A program made the position numbers and the translations under genes. Below, one piece after another: positions 18,273-28,159 of a DNA stretch of 64,000 bases. Source of the DNA: Dehalococcoidia bacterium (GTDB lineage: Bacteria; Chloroflexota; Dehalococcoidia; SpSt-223); contig BPIC01000001.1 of assembly GCA_026003895.1 (NCBI GenBank), forward strand, positions 560,128-624,127. The letters run 5' to 3'. The stretch's first letter is position 1. Each line of letters starts with the position of its first letter. The notes beneath the pieces were generated by a model. That model had not been told where the DNA came from and did not search any database. It saw nothing but the letters and a program-made list of their open reading frames with translations.

Positions 18273-20831
18273 TTGCCGTTTATCGTTCGTCGACAGCTGC
18301 CCATGCTTGACACTCATGAGCCTATCTTGCGTCGGCAGCCACGCTACGTCGTTTTTGGCGTGACAGTCCTGCTTGTGGCCTTTGGTCTGCGCGTCTTGAA
18401 CCTCGGCGGCGATAGCTTCTGGATGGACGAGCTCAACACGGCGCTTATCTCCTCGCGACCGGTGTCGTCCGTTCTCCACTGGAATATCACTGTCGGGGTT
18501 CACCCGCCTGGCCACTTGGTGCTTGTTCATTTTTGGCAAGCTCTGGTAGGGGGAAGCGAGTTTTCACTGCGCTTCCTGTCGGTGATCGCGGGCGTCCTCG
18601 CCATTGCGACGGCCTATCGGTTGGCGCGGGACCTCTTTCCGCTTCCTGCAGCCGAGCTCTCCGCATTGCTGCTAACGTTCTCGAGTATGATGATCCACTT
18701 CGCGCGCGAGAATCGAGCTTACGCGTGGCTTTCGCTCTTGGGCGTGCTCGGGGTATTACTGGCGTGGCGCGCTGTCCGCCGCGGCGGTGCCGCTGTCTGG
18801 CTCGCACTCGGTGGCGTCATCGCGATCGCCCCGTATCTTCATTACTACGGTGTGTTCGTTGCCGTGCTGGCCGGAGCGCTTGTTGTCGCGTCGCTCCCTG
18901 CGCTGGCTCGCCCTCAGCGCCCGACGGTTGTTGGGCGGTTCGTGCTGGTTGCGTTGGTGGCGGTGATTCTCTATCTGCCATGGGTATCCGGCGCGCTCCG
19001 TCAATTCCAAGACCGAGGCGACCTCGGCTATTTCTGGACCAATTCTCCCACCACCTTGATCGATACGTTGACAACGATCACGCCTGACTTGCCCGTCTGG
19101 TTGCCTTTGGCCATTCTCGCCTACGCTTTGATTCGGTGCTCGGACCGTCATATCTGGTTGCTTGCGGTTGTTCTGGTGGTTGGCTTGAGCGCCGTGTTCC
19201 TGCTGAACGCAGTCAAGCCGACGCTCTTTTATCGAAACGTGATCTCATTCTTACCAATTTACGCTGTGCTCTTTGGCGGTGCGCTGCTCGCCGCGGCGAG
19301 CGACTTTGGTAGTCGGATGAGTGCGTCCCCTCTGGTTCGGTTTCGGCCTGCAATCATCAGCCAAGGTGTGCTGGTGGGCATCGTGGCGCTTGCGCTCATC
19401 CAATCCCCGCCCCTTCACGCATGGGAAACCAGCCGACCGGATTGGCGAGGCGTTGCACGCTTGCTTGAGGCGGAGTCCGCCCCCACGGACCTGATCCTCG
19501 TCTCGCAATGGCCGTTTACGCTGACTTATTACCTCCGCGATCCGCGCCTTATCGACCGGGTGCACGATGCCCTGAATATCAACAACACTTTGGTGGAGAC
19601 GGAATGGACCATCGATGGTCCGGCGACGATCTGGTGGGTGATTCTTTGGCTCGACCCTGCGCGCCTCGAGACGTTCGCCGCTACTCTCGGCCCGGAATAT
19701 GCGGTGGACGACCGGTTCTTTGAGCTCACCGTCGTTAAGAGAGCCGGGGTCTCAAGCCGCGAGGAGGCACTCTACCGAGCTGGCGAAGTGCTCGAGGCAC
19801 TCGGCGTTGCCCAACCAACGTACGCGCATGATCCGTTGGCCCGCGGAATGGAATTGATTGAGCATTCGAAAGTGCCCCAAGCACCCGCGGTGCGGCTATT
19901 CCGTGCGACCCGTGCGGCAATGCTGAGGCCGGGCTCAGCCCAGCTGCAGCTTCGCCTCGGGGATGAACTGATGGCGAACGGTCTCGAGGATGACGCTGCC
20001 GCAGCGTTTGCGCGCGCGGTCGACCTGGAAATCAAAGGTGCAATTCGTCACGAGGCAGCACTAAAGCTCGGCCATCTTCAGTTGCGTCAAGCTCGGCCTG
20101 AGGAAGCGATCCAATGGTTCGAAGTCGCAATTGATGCCCAGCCCGAGTGGCAATTCTGGCCCTTGCTTGGACTTGGTGAAGCGCACCTCCTACACGGCGA
20201 TCGTGCCATTGCCGAGCAGGCGTTTGTGCAGGCCGCACATGACGAGGCACATCCGGACAGATTCGTTGCGGTCAAACGGCTCGTCACGTTCTACCTTAAC
20301 GACGGTCGGCCGTACGACGCGCGCGACGTGCTCGCTTGCTATCTAGAGGATCAGCCACGTGACCCTCGGGCGTGGTTGGAGTATGGTGAGGTGCTCGCCG
20401 CGCTCGGCAGCCGGGATGATGCCGAGATTGCATATCGCCGGACGGTGGAGACGGAGCCCGTCGGCGCACTCGCCTATGAGGCGGCAATGCGTCTTGGGAA
20501 TGCTGCTCGTGAGCGAGGCGATATGACGCAGGCGCTCCACTGGTATGCGACTGCCCGCGAGCGGCAGCCCGCTTGGGCGTTCTGGCCGAACCTTGCGCGC
20601 GGCGCGATTTTCCGTGACGCTGGCCGATTCGAGGAGGCTGAGGCCGAGATCCAGAGCGCATTGCTGATCGAGAATCATCCTGACCAAGTGTTCGGCATCG
20701 CCGAACTCGCGCTACTTCGCGCTGCCCAGGGCCGTGTTGATGAGGCGCGTGCACTCGCTACTCAAGTGATCGCTCACGGGGCAAACAGACCCGAGCTGGC
20801 AGAGCGGATGGGCACGCTCCTCACGTCGTGA
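18273..20831 (+). CDS. GT39/ArnT-like (PMT_2) membrane glycosyltransferase fused to a C-terminal TPR domain
   Basis: 852 aa. About 12 TM segments carry the N-terminal loop motif FWMDELNT. About 330 C-terminal residues form repeated Ala/Leu/Tyr-rich TPR-like units. TTG 18273 lies 8 nt after AAGGAAG. ATG 18303 is an alternative start. Confidence 0.75.
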   Translation: MPFIVRRQLPMLDTHEPILRRQPRYVVFGVTVLLVAFGLRVLNLGGDSFWMDELNTALISSRPVSSVLHWNITVGVHPPGHLVLVHFWQALVGGSEFSLRFLSVIAGVLAIATAYRLARDLFPLPAAELSALLLTFSSMMIHFARENRAYAWLSLLGVLGVLLAWRAVRRGGAAVWLALGGVIAIAPYLHYYGVFVAVLAGALVVASLPALARPQRPTVVGRFVLVALVAVILYLPWVSGALRQFQDRGDLGYFWTNSPTTLIDTLTTITPDLPVWLPLAILAYALIRCSDRHIWLLAVVLVVGLSAVFLLNAVKPTLFYRNVISFLPIYAVLFGGALLAAASDFGSRMSASPLVRFRPAIISQGVLVGIVALALIQSPPLHAWETSRPDWRGVARLLEAESAPTDLILVSQWPFTLTYYLRDPRLIDRVHDALNINNTLVETEWTIDGPATIWWVILWLDPARLETFAATLGPEYAVDDRFFELTVVKRAGVSSREEALYRAGEVLEALGVAQPTYAHDPLARGMELIEHSKVPQAPAVRLFRATRAAMLRPGSAQLQLRLGDELMANGLEDDAAAAFARAVDLEIKGAIRHEAALKLGHLQLRQARPEEAIQWFEVAIDAQPEWQFWPLLGLGEAHLLHGDRAIAEQAFVQAAHDEAHPDRFVAVKRLVTFYLNDGRPYDARDVLACYLEDQPRDPRAWLEYGEVLAALGSRDDAEIAYRRTVETEPVGALAYEAAMRLGNAARERGDMTQALHWYATARERQPAWAFWPNLARGAIFRDAGRFEEAEAEIQSALLIENHPDQVFGIAELALLRAAQGRVDEARALATQVIAHGANRPELAERMGTLLTS

Positions 20832-21210
20832 TACCACCGATTTGAGACAGCGGTACCGCGTGACCGCCTCACGCTGTCAGACGCAGTCCGTGCGGCATGT
20901 CGGACATCGCGGTTTCCGCGGCGCTGGTGGCGTCTAGGCTGTGGCGGCTTCGAAGAAACCAACAAGAAACCAACTAGGGTTTCGCCCGTTCCCTAGCAAT
21001 GATCCTCGGTCGTGCCGCGCCTCCGATCCATTCTACTTTCGCCGGCAGTGGCGTGACGCACGTGAGATCGCGGTCGGCGGGCCTGTTGGAGCTTCAAGAC
21101 ACCCTTGACCGTAATCCCATCTCCTGCGTGAGCGTGAAAGCTCTCTGGTAAAGGAAGCGACCGCGGCGCGTTGGCCCGAGCACATCTAACTAGCCGATGG
21201 CTCGGCCAGC

Positions 21211-22824
21211 TCAGAGGCTCTTCGTGATGCCCTGAACATTGAAACCGAAGGAGACGCCTTTCTTGAAGTCGTTGATCTTCGAAGAGTAGCCCCAGATCTG
21301 TGTGGGCTGGTAGAGCGGGGCGATTACGTGAAGATCGTTGATGATTCGGATGCATTCTTGGAGCAACGCAAGGCGCTTCGCCGGATCAAGCTCGGCGCGG
21401 GCAGCGAGCAGGGTCCGGTCAAACTCCGGGCTCTCCATGCGGCGTGTCGCTCCCTGCGAGGTCCAAAACTGGAGGGTCAGGTCGGCATCGAGCAAGGGTT
21501 GCACCAGCGAAAAGATGATCTGCATCGGCCCGAGCTGGCTGGCAAAAAACTTGGTATTCCAGACGTTGATGTCCATTGCGTCGATCTGGGCCTCGATGCC
21601 GACTTGGCGCAGTTGGTCGGCGACGTACTGTCCGACGTCGGTCACAAAGGGAATGCCAGTGTTGAACTCGAGGGTGGTCTTGAAACCGTTCGGATAGCCG
21701 GCCTCTGCCAACAGTTGGCGGGCGCGCCCCGGGTTGTACTCCGGGTCGCGGGCGTTGGGGTTGTGCCCGAAAGTCGCCTCGCCGACAAACTGGCCGCTGA
21801 TCGGCCGGTAAAAGCCGGAAAAGAGCGTGTCGATGATCGGCTTCTTGTCGATTGCCATCCGAACCGCTTGCCGTACCCGAATGTCCTTGAACGGTGAGTC
21901 GAGCAATGGGCTGAGATAGACCGAGACGACCGCCCCCGCCGGGATCGCGGCGACCTTGAAGTCAGGTGAAGCGGAAAGCGCCTTGGCGGCGTCGATCGAA
22001 AGGCCGGTCGCAATATCCGCTTGGCCAGTGCGCAGCGCGTTCAGCCGAGTGTTCGGCTCGGGCACCAGCAACCAGACCCACTCCTTGGTCTTGGAAGGAC
22101 CGCGCCACGATTCCGGCCATGCTTCCAACGTTACCGACGTATTGGCGACGAAGTTCGTGATGCGATAGGGACCGCTGCCGACCGGTCGCTGGGCGAATGC
22201 TGAATCGCCAACCTGTTCAAAATATTTCTGCGGAATGATGCGCATGTCGACGAGCCGCCCGGGAATGAGCGCATCGGGCGTCCGCGCCACCACCCGCACG
22301 GTGAGCGGATCGACCGCCACGACATCCTCGATCGTCGTCGCGATGCGGCTAAAGCCGGTCATGGGAGCGCCGTTTGGCCCGGACGAGATGCCGCGCTTGT
22401 AGGAGAAGACGACGTCGCTTGCCTGGAGCGGGTCGCCGTTCTGGAACCGTACGTTCGGGCGCAAGGTGAAGGTCCACGTCTTGCCACCATCGTCCGACCG
22501 CCAGGCGGTCGCCAGCCCGGGGGCGATCCTGTCGTTTTCCATCCGAACGAGGTTGTCGAAAGCGGAATCGATCACCTCGCCAGAATCCCCGACGAACAGC
22601 AGTCCCGGATCGAACGTCGGCGGAAAGAGTGACGTGGCCACCGTGATTCGGTCGGCGACCCGGGGGGCTTGTGGCGCGGTGCTGCCGGACGGTTGGGCCG
22701 GCGAGCTCGGCGTTGGTTGCGGCGCACAGGCGGCCAGCAGGCTGCCAGCAAGCGGGGCGCCTCCCGCTAGTGCCATGAATCGGATCAGGTCGCGACGCGA
22801 GAGAGGCACGGTTGGTTCGATCAT
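21211..22824 (-). CDS. ABC transporter substrate-binding protein, family 5 (peptide/nickel type), Tat-lipoprotein signal
   Basis: 537 aa. The N-terminus has SRRDLIRF (twin-Arg) and a LAAC lipobox. The body is typical of family 5 SBPs. No permease or ATPase gene is adjacent. Confidence 0.85.
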   Translation of the reverse strand: MIEPTVPLSRRDLIRFMALAGGAPLAGSLLAACAPQPTPSSPAQPSGSTAPQAPRVADRITVATSLFPPTFDPGLLFVGDSGEVIDSAFDNLVRMENDRIAPGLATAWRSDDGGKTWTFTLRPNVRFQNGDPLQASDVVFSYKRGISSGPNGAPMTGFSRIATTIEDVVAVDPLTVRVVARTPDALIPGRLVDMRIIPQKYFEQVGDSAFAQRPVGSGPYRITNFVANTSVTLEAWPESWRGPSKTKEWVWLLVPEPNTRLNALRTGQADIATGLSIDAAKALSASPDFKVAAIPAGAVVSVYLSPLLDSPFKDIRVRQAVRMAIDKKPIIDTLFSGFYRPISGQFVGEATFGHNPNARDPEYNPGRARQLLAEAGYPNGFKTTLEFNTGIPFVTDVGQYVADQLRQVGIEAQIDAMDINVWNTKFFASQLGPMQIIFSLVQPLLDADLTLQFWTSQGATRRMESPEFDRTLLAARAELDPAKRLALLQECIRIINDLHVIAPLYQPTQIWGYSSKINDFKKGVSFGFNVQGITKSL

Positions 22825-22951
22825 CGCTACCCTCCACCTGTGTCCACTGCATACGAAGTGTAGAGATCAATGATTCGCTGGTCAAAATGTTCGCAGTCGT
22901 GCAGGTGGTCGAGCGCAGGCTAGGATCGAGCAATTCGCGGGAGGGACGACA

Positions 22952-24391
22952 CTGTCCATCCGGTACCTGCCCCCTGAAGTTCGCGAGCGCATCGCCGCCG
23001 GCGAGGTGATCGAGCGGCCCGCCTCGGTCGTGAAAGAGCTTATTGAGAACGCGCTCGACGCTGGGGCGCGCCGGATCGTTGTCGAAACGCGTGCCGGCGG
23101 GCTGGGCGGCATCAGGGTCAGCGACGATGGCTGCGGCATCCCAGCCGACCAACTGCCGCTGGCGGTGGCGCGCCACGCGACCAGTAAGGTGCACGTCGCC
23201 GATGACCTCCATGCCATCGCCACGCTCGGCTTCCGGGGCGAGGCGTTGGCGAGCATCGCGGCGGTGAGCGAGTTGACGATCCGGTCGCGTCCGGCGGAGG
23301 CGCCAACAGGCGCACAGCTGACGGTGCGCGGCGGGCAACTCGGCGCGGCGGAATCTATCGGCGGTCCGGCGGGGACGACGGTGGAGGTACGCGACCTCTT
23401 CTTCAATATGCCGGCGCGGCGCACCGGCCCCGCCGACAGCCGGAAGATTGCCGAAGTTGTCGCGGCCTACACGCTGCTTCATCCCGAGGTCCGTTGGCGC
23501 CTCGTGAGCAATGGCGCGGTCGTCTTTGACACGCCCGGCACGGGGCTGACAGGCGCCCTCGCCGCCGTCTTCGGCCACGAGACAACGCGGCGACTGTTGC
23601 CCGTCGTCAGCACCGTCGTCGAGGGAGCGATCAGCCCGCCGGGGTTGACTCGGTCGGATCGCCGTCATCTCGTGATCGGCGTCAACGGCCGCCCGGTCCG
23701 CAATCCGCTGCTCCAGCGCGCCGTGGAGGCCGCCTATCGCTCGTTACTGCCGCGCGGCCGCGCCCCGCTCGGCGTGCTCGACCTGACGATCGACCGCGCC
23801 AAGGTCGATGCGAACGTCCATCCGGCCAAACTCGAGGTCGGCATCGCCGACGAGCGGGCCTTGGCCGACGGACTGCAACAGGCCGTGGAGACGGCGCTCA
23901 GCCGGCGTCTCGCAACGCCGGCGTGGCCCCGTCGGGCGGTCCTCGGGCTCGCGGGCGGCCAAGCCTCGTTCGGCCGCGACTTCGGTGTCGCCGAAGAACC
24001 CGTCCCATACGCCCCGGACGAGCCGGACCTGTCGCAGTTACGGGCCATCGGCCAGTTTGATGATGCGTTCATCATCGCGATCGGCCCAGACGGCCTCTAC
24101 CTTGTCGACCAGCACCGCGCCCACGAGCGCATTCTCTATGACGAACTGGTGCGTCGAGAAGCGGAAGGGGCGCAGCCCCCACTGTTTGAAGGACCGGGCA
24201 GCGACGAGACGCTGGCACGCGCTGCCTGCACGTCGGCCATCAAAGCGGGGCGCCCGCTCGATCCCGGCGAGCAACAGGAGTTGCTACGCCGGCTCGCGCT
24301 TGCCGACGTTCCCACCACCTGCCCCCACGGCGCACCGACGATCCTCCGCTTCGACCGCCGCTTTGTAAAACGCCAGTTTGGCCGGCGCTGA
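22952..24391 (+). CDS. mutL: DNA mismatch repair protein MutL (short form), apparent non-canonical start
   Basis: The conserved N-terminus IRYLPPEVRERIAAGEVIERPASVVKELIENALDAG begins upstream of the first ATG/GTG/TTG (GTG 23006). The frame is open from 22874. CTG 22952 lies 6 nt after GGGAGGG. The C-terminus carries the endonuclease motifs DQHRAHERILYDE, ACTSAIKAG and CPHGAP. Confidence 0.85.
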   Translation: MSIRYLPPEVRERIAAGEVIERPASVVKELIENALDAGARRIVVETRAGGLGGIRVSDDGCGIPADQLPLAVARHATSKVHVADDLHAIATLGFRGEALASIAAVSELTIRSRPAEAPTGAQLTVRGGQLGAAESIGGPAGTTVEVRDLFFNMPARRTGPADSRKIAEVVAAYTLLHPEVRWRLVSNGAVVFDTPGTGLTGALAAVFGHETTRRLLPVVSTVVEGAISPPGLTRSDRRHLVIGVNGRPVRNPLLQRAVEAAYRSLLPRGRAPLGVLDLTIDRAKVDANVHPAKLEVGIADERALADGLQQAVETALSRRLATPAWPRRAVLGLAGGQASFGRDFGVAEEPVPYAPDEPDLSQLRAIGQFDDAFIIAIGPDGLYLVDQHRAHERILYDELVRREAEGAQPPLFEGPGSDETLARAACTSAIKAGRPLDPGEQQELLRRLALADVPTTCPHGAPTILRFDRRFVKRQFGRR

Positions 24392-24526
24392 AAGGACCAA
24401 TCGCGCCAAGGGTGCTCACGCCAGGCAACTCCGAGGCGCCCGGCGACCGCCGATCTGCCTTCGGCCGGCACGGCCCTCGGTTGGACAGTGATGGCGAATC
24501 TCTCTCGGTCCTCCCGGCTGACGCCC

Positions 24527-25528
24527 TCAATACCCTTTCTCGGGATCGCACACGTTGACGAGCGGCTTGCCGGCGACGTAGCGCTCCAGATTGGCGATGA
24601 AGAAGCGCAGCACGCGGTGAAAATAGCCGGCATTCAGGCCGGAAACGTGGGGTGTCAGGATGACGTTATCGAGGTCCCAGAGCGGGCTGCTTGGCGGCAG
24701 CGGTTCGGTCTGGAAGACATCAAGCGCTGCGCCGGCGATGACGCCGTCTCGCAGCGCTTTCACCAGCGCATCCTCGTCTACTAGGGCGCCGCGGGCGAGG
24801 TTGACGAGATAGGCGCTTCGTTTCATCGCCCGAAGCTGCGCTTCGCCGATCAGGCCGCGTGTCTCGTGGGTGCTGGGCGCGGCAAGGACGACGAAATCCG
24901 CCTCGCCGAGGAGGCGGTCGAGGTCGGCGGGGCCTCCGAGCCACTCCACGCGAGGTGGCGGCGTCGCTGGCCCCGAGCGGCGCGTTCCGACGACACGCAT
25001 CCCGAGCGCGGCAGCAAGTTGGGCAAGTTCGTTGCCGATCGCGCCCATTCCGACAATCCCGACGGTCGCATCCTGCAAGTTGAGAGGAACATGGCGCTCC
25101 CAGCGCTTGTCGGGTTGTTGGCGGACGTAGCGCGGCAGGTGCTTGGCGAGCGCCACGATAGCGGCGAGGGCCCATTCGGCGACGTAGCGGGCGTTCAGCC
25201 CGCGGGCGTTTGTCACCGTGATGCCGCGCTCGAAGACGCCCGCTGAGGCGATCTGGTCCAAACCGGCCCACGGAATCTGGATCCACTTGAGATCGGGTGC
25301 GTAGTCCACAATCGGCCGTGCCGGTCCCATAAGGAGGATGGCCTCAACGCCAGCAAGCTGGGCCGGCAGCGCGGCGACGAGGGCGCGATATTCAGCGCTC
25401 TCTGGTGGTGCGGGCGGCCGCCAGTGCGCCCAGGCCGAGAGGTCGACGAGTTCAACTCCTTCGACGGCGCGCAGTAGCGCCCACTCCTCCGCGCTGAACG
25501 TTCCGGCGATCGCCGTCTTGACGGGCAT
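24527..25528 (-). CDS. D-isomer-specific 2-hydroxyacid dehydrogenase (NAD-binding)
   Basis: 333 aa. The Rossmann motif is GIVGMGAIGNELA, and the catalytic context is LVNLARG...D and PHVSG. Confidence 0.85.
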   Translation of the reverse strand: MPVKTAIAGTFSAEEWALLRAVEGVELVDLSAWAHWRPPAPPESAEYRALVAALPAQLAGVEAILLMGPARPIVDYAPDLKWIQIPWAGLDQIASAGVFERGITVTNARGLNARYVAEWALAAIVALAKHLPRYVRQQPDKRWERHVPLNLQDATVGIVGMGAIGNELAQLAAALGMRVVGTRRSGPATPPPRVEWLGGPADLDRLLGEADFVVLAAPSTHETRGLIGEAQLRAMKRSAYLVNLARGALVDEDALVKALRDGVIAGAALDVFQTEPLPPSSPLWDLDNVILTPHVSGLNAGYFHRVLRFFIANLERYVAGKPLVNVCDPEKGY

Positions 25529-25637
25529 GGGCGGCTCCAGAACTGAGGTCGGGCGGATTGTACCCCGGTTGCCCTTTTTCGGCGGGCGCGTCTATCATCG
25601 GCGGCTCGCCGTGCACCGGCGGGAATGGGAGGTGAAT

Positions 25638-26039
25638 ATGGCATCCAGTCGCGAACAGCTCGAGCGCGGGCGCAAGCGCATTGAAGAGGTGTTCGGAGAG
25701 TTCGCGCCCGACATCCGCGCTGGCTTCGAAGATGTCGCGCCCGATTTTTTCGAGTATGCGGACGAGTACGTCTTCGGTGGGCTTTGGTGTCGTGAAGGCA
25801 TCGATCTCAAGACCCGGATTCAAGTGGTGATTGGGGCACTGACGGTGCTCGGGCTGGAGTTCACGCTCGGCCACCACATTCGGGCGGCCCTCGTCCATGG
25901 CATCACGAAGCAGGAGATCATCGAAACGATTATGGCGGTCGCGCCCTACGGCGGCCATCCGCGCGCCATCGGTGGCTTCCGAGTCGCCAAAGCGGCGTTC
26001 ACGGAATGGGACCAGCGCCATCCCGACCAGCCGCGCTAG
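25638..26039 (+). CDS. Carboxymuconolactone decarboxylase (CMD/AhpD-like) family protein
   Basis: ATG 25638 follows GGGAGGTG. 133 aa. The CMD-like helices are DLKTRIQVVIGALTVLG and HIRAALVHGITKQEIIETI. Confidence 0.75.
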   Translation: MASSREQLERGRKRIEEVFGEFAPDIRAGFEDVAPDFFEYADEYVFGGLWCREGIDLKTRIQVVIGALTVLGLEFTLGHHIRAALVHGITKQEIIETIMAVAPYGGHPRAIGGFRVAKAAFTEWDQRHPDQPR

Positions 26040-26125
26040 CCCGAGCCCGCGCCGTCAGGCTGTCTTGCAGGCCACGCCTCGCTCGATACAATAGCGCTGT
26101 TGACCATCGCACCGCCGGAGGAGCT

Positions 26126-26959
26126 ATGACCGACCGTGTCGTCACGATGGAGTGCGCGATTTTCGAGCAGCGCGGCCCCATCGCAATTGTGACCCTCAAT
26201 CGACCGGAGGCGAAGAATTCGCTCAATACCGGGATGCACCGCGACGTCGTCTGGGCGTGGGACGAAATCAACTCCACCCCGGAGATCCGCGTGGCCATCG
26301 TGACCGGCGCCGGGGATCGGGCGTTTTGCGCGGGGCGTGACATCAAGGAATTCATCGAATACTACGGCGAGGGCGGCGCCGAGAAGATTCGGCCAATTGA
26401 CGACCCGAACCATCCGATGTTCGGCAAGTTGTGCAATCACTACATCGTCCGCAAGCCGCTTATCGCTGCCATCAACGGCTACGCCGTCGGCGGCGGGCTC
26501 GAGATCGTCCAAATGTGTGACTTGCGCGTGATGGCCGACGACACCTACATCGCCGACCTCCACGCCAAAGTGAACGTCTTCGGGATGAACTGCCTCGCCT
26601 ACGAACTGCCCTGGCCAATCGCGAACTACCTGACTATGGCGAATGGTCGGCTGACCGCTCAGGAATGCCTCCACTTCGGCTACGTCAATCGTGTTGTGCC
26701 GCGCTCCGAGCTGATGAAGGCGGCGCTCGAGCTTGCCGAAATGGTGATGACCAGCGGACCGGACTCGCTGCGTCACCTGAAGGAGGGGTCGATTCGCCGC
26801 CAGATCGAGAGCGGCAACCTCTTCACGGAGGAGTACCTCGAGAAGCGGCGGCAAGAAGCGCTCGAGCGTGTCAAGAACACAGCCAAATCGCACGATCTGA
26901 TGGAAGGCATGCGCGCCTTTGTTGAAAAGCGCAGCGCCACCTACGAGCGCCCGTCCTAG
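26126..26959 (+). CDS. Enoyl-CoA hydratase/isomerase (crotonase) family protein
   Basis: ATG 26126 follows GGAGGAG. Motifs are IAIVTLNRPEAKNSL, VTGAGDRAFCAGRDIKE and AAINGYAVGGGLEI. Confidence 0.85.
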   Translation: MTDRVVTMECAIFEQRGPIAIVTLNRPEAKNSLNTGMHRDVVWAWDEINSTPEIRVAIVTGAGDRAFCAGRDIKEFIEYYGEGGAEKIRPIDDPNHPMFGKLCNHYIVRKPLIAAINGYAVGGGLEIVQMCDLRVMADDTYIADLHAKVNVFGMNCLAYELPWPIANYLTMANGRLTAQECLHFGYVNRVVPRSELMKAALELAEMVMTSGPDSLRHLKEGSIRRQIESGNLFTEEYLEKRRQEALERVKNTAKSHDLMEGMRAFVEKRSATYERPS

Positions 26960-28155
26960 GCGACCGAGTCGACCAGGGCCGACCGAGGCGAGCATCGCCG
27001 CTGCCTGGGCCGGCCGCCACGTCGACCAGCCCCTCGTTGACTCCGCTGGCCGGCGGATCCACGTCATCTACCCCGGCCGGCGTTCTGGCCTGCCCGGCCC
27101 CGACTTCCGCGATGCCATCCTCGCCTATGAGGACGGCACCCTGTTGCGCGGCGACCTCGAGCTCCATGTCCGTGCCGCCGACTGGTACGCCCACCGACAC
27201 GACCGCGACCCCGCCTACGCTGGCGTTGTCCTTCACCTCGTCGCGGTCGGTCCCGCCGCGCCGGTGCGACTTCCCTCGGGCGCACTGGTCCCCTCGGCGC
27301 TCGTCCGAGCCGCGCCGTACCAGCCGCCAGCGCCGCTCGGTATCGTGTGCCCGGCCAACGAGATCGACGCCGCAGCGTCGGCGGTTGACGCCGCCGGGAA
27401 CGCTTGGCTCGCCGACCGGGCGCTCCGTCTCGCGAGCCAGATCGACGCGCTCGGAGAGGACGAAGCCGCTTGGCGGGCGCTTGCTGAAGCGATGGGCTAT
27501 GGCGGCAACGGGACGGCCTTTTTGGCGCTCGCCGACAGCCTTCCGTGGTCCCACCTTGCAGGGGTGATCGGACGCGGCTCGGACACGCTCGAGCGCGCCG
27601 AGGCGCTCTTGCTCGGCGCGGCGGGACTGGCACACGACCCGACGGTAGCCGGGCGCTGGCGGGCGCTCGGCGCTCCGGCGCCCCTTACGCCAATTCGCTG
27701 GACGGTGACGGCGGTGCGGCCCGCCAACCGGCCGGCGGCCCGGATCCGGGCGCTCGCGGCGATCGTCGCTGCTTGCCGCGCGGAAGGCCCGGCAGTCTGG
27801 CTGCGTCGGCTGGCGACACTCCGGCCCAGTGTGGCGGTCGCGGAGATCGTCGCCGCCGCCGGCGGGTTGCTCGGTCAGGAGCGGGGCGCGCACCATCCTC
27901 GTCAACGTCGCGCTGCCGCTCGCGGTCGCCGAAGACCCCGCGCCGGCGTTCCCACCGCTCCCTCCCCTCCCCGAGAACGCGATTACCCGCGCGATGGGCG
28001 AGCTCGTCTTCACCCCGGCTGGTCGCCATCTCGTTGCAACGGCGCAGCGGCAGCAGGGCCTGCTCTATCTCCACCGCCGGTGGTGCCGCGACAAGGACTG
28101 CGCCGCGTGCCCGGTCGCCCAGCGCGTTCTCGTCGACGGCCCTGCTGCCGACTGA
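26919..28155 (+). pseudogene. DUF2851-like protein, frame broken once near 27885
   Basis: The N-terminal part (IHVIYPGRRSGLPGPDFRDAIL, DLELHVRAADWYAHRH) is in frame 0. The C-terminal part (ARTILVNVALPLAV...LHRRWCRDKDCAACPV) is in frame +1. The join lies at a GGGG run (gagcggggcgcg), consistent with one extra G. Confidence 0.6.
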
Positions 28156-28159
28156 GCGG

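Noticed and set aside
22349-23668. 439-aa minus-strand ORF spanning the SBP start and the mutL 5' end
   Set aside because: It crosses a divergent promoter region, is antisense to mutL, and has a nonsense-like composition.
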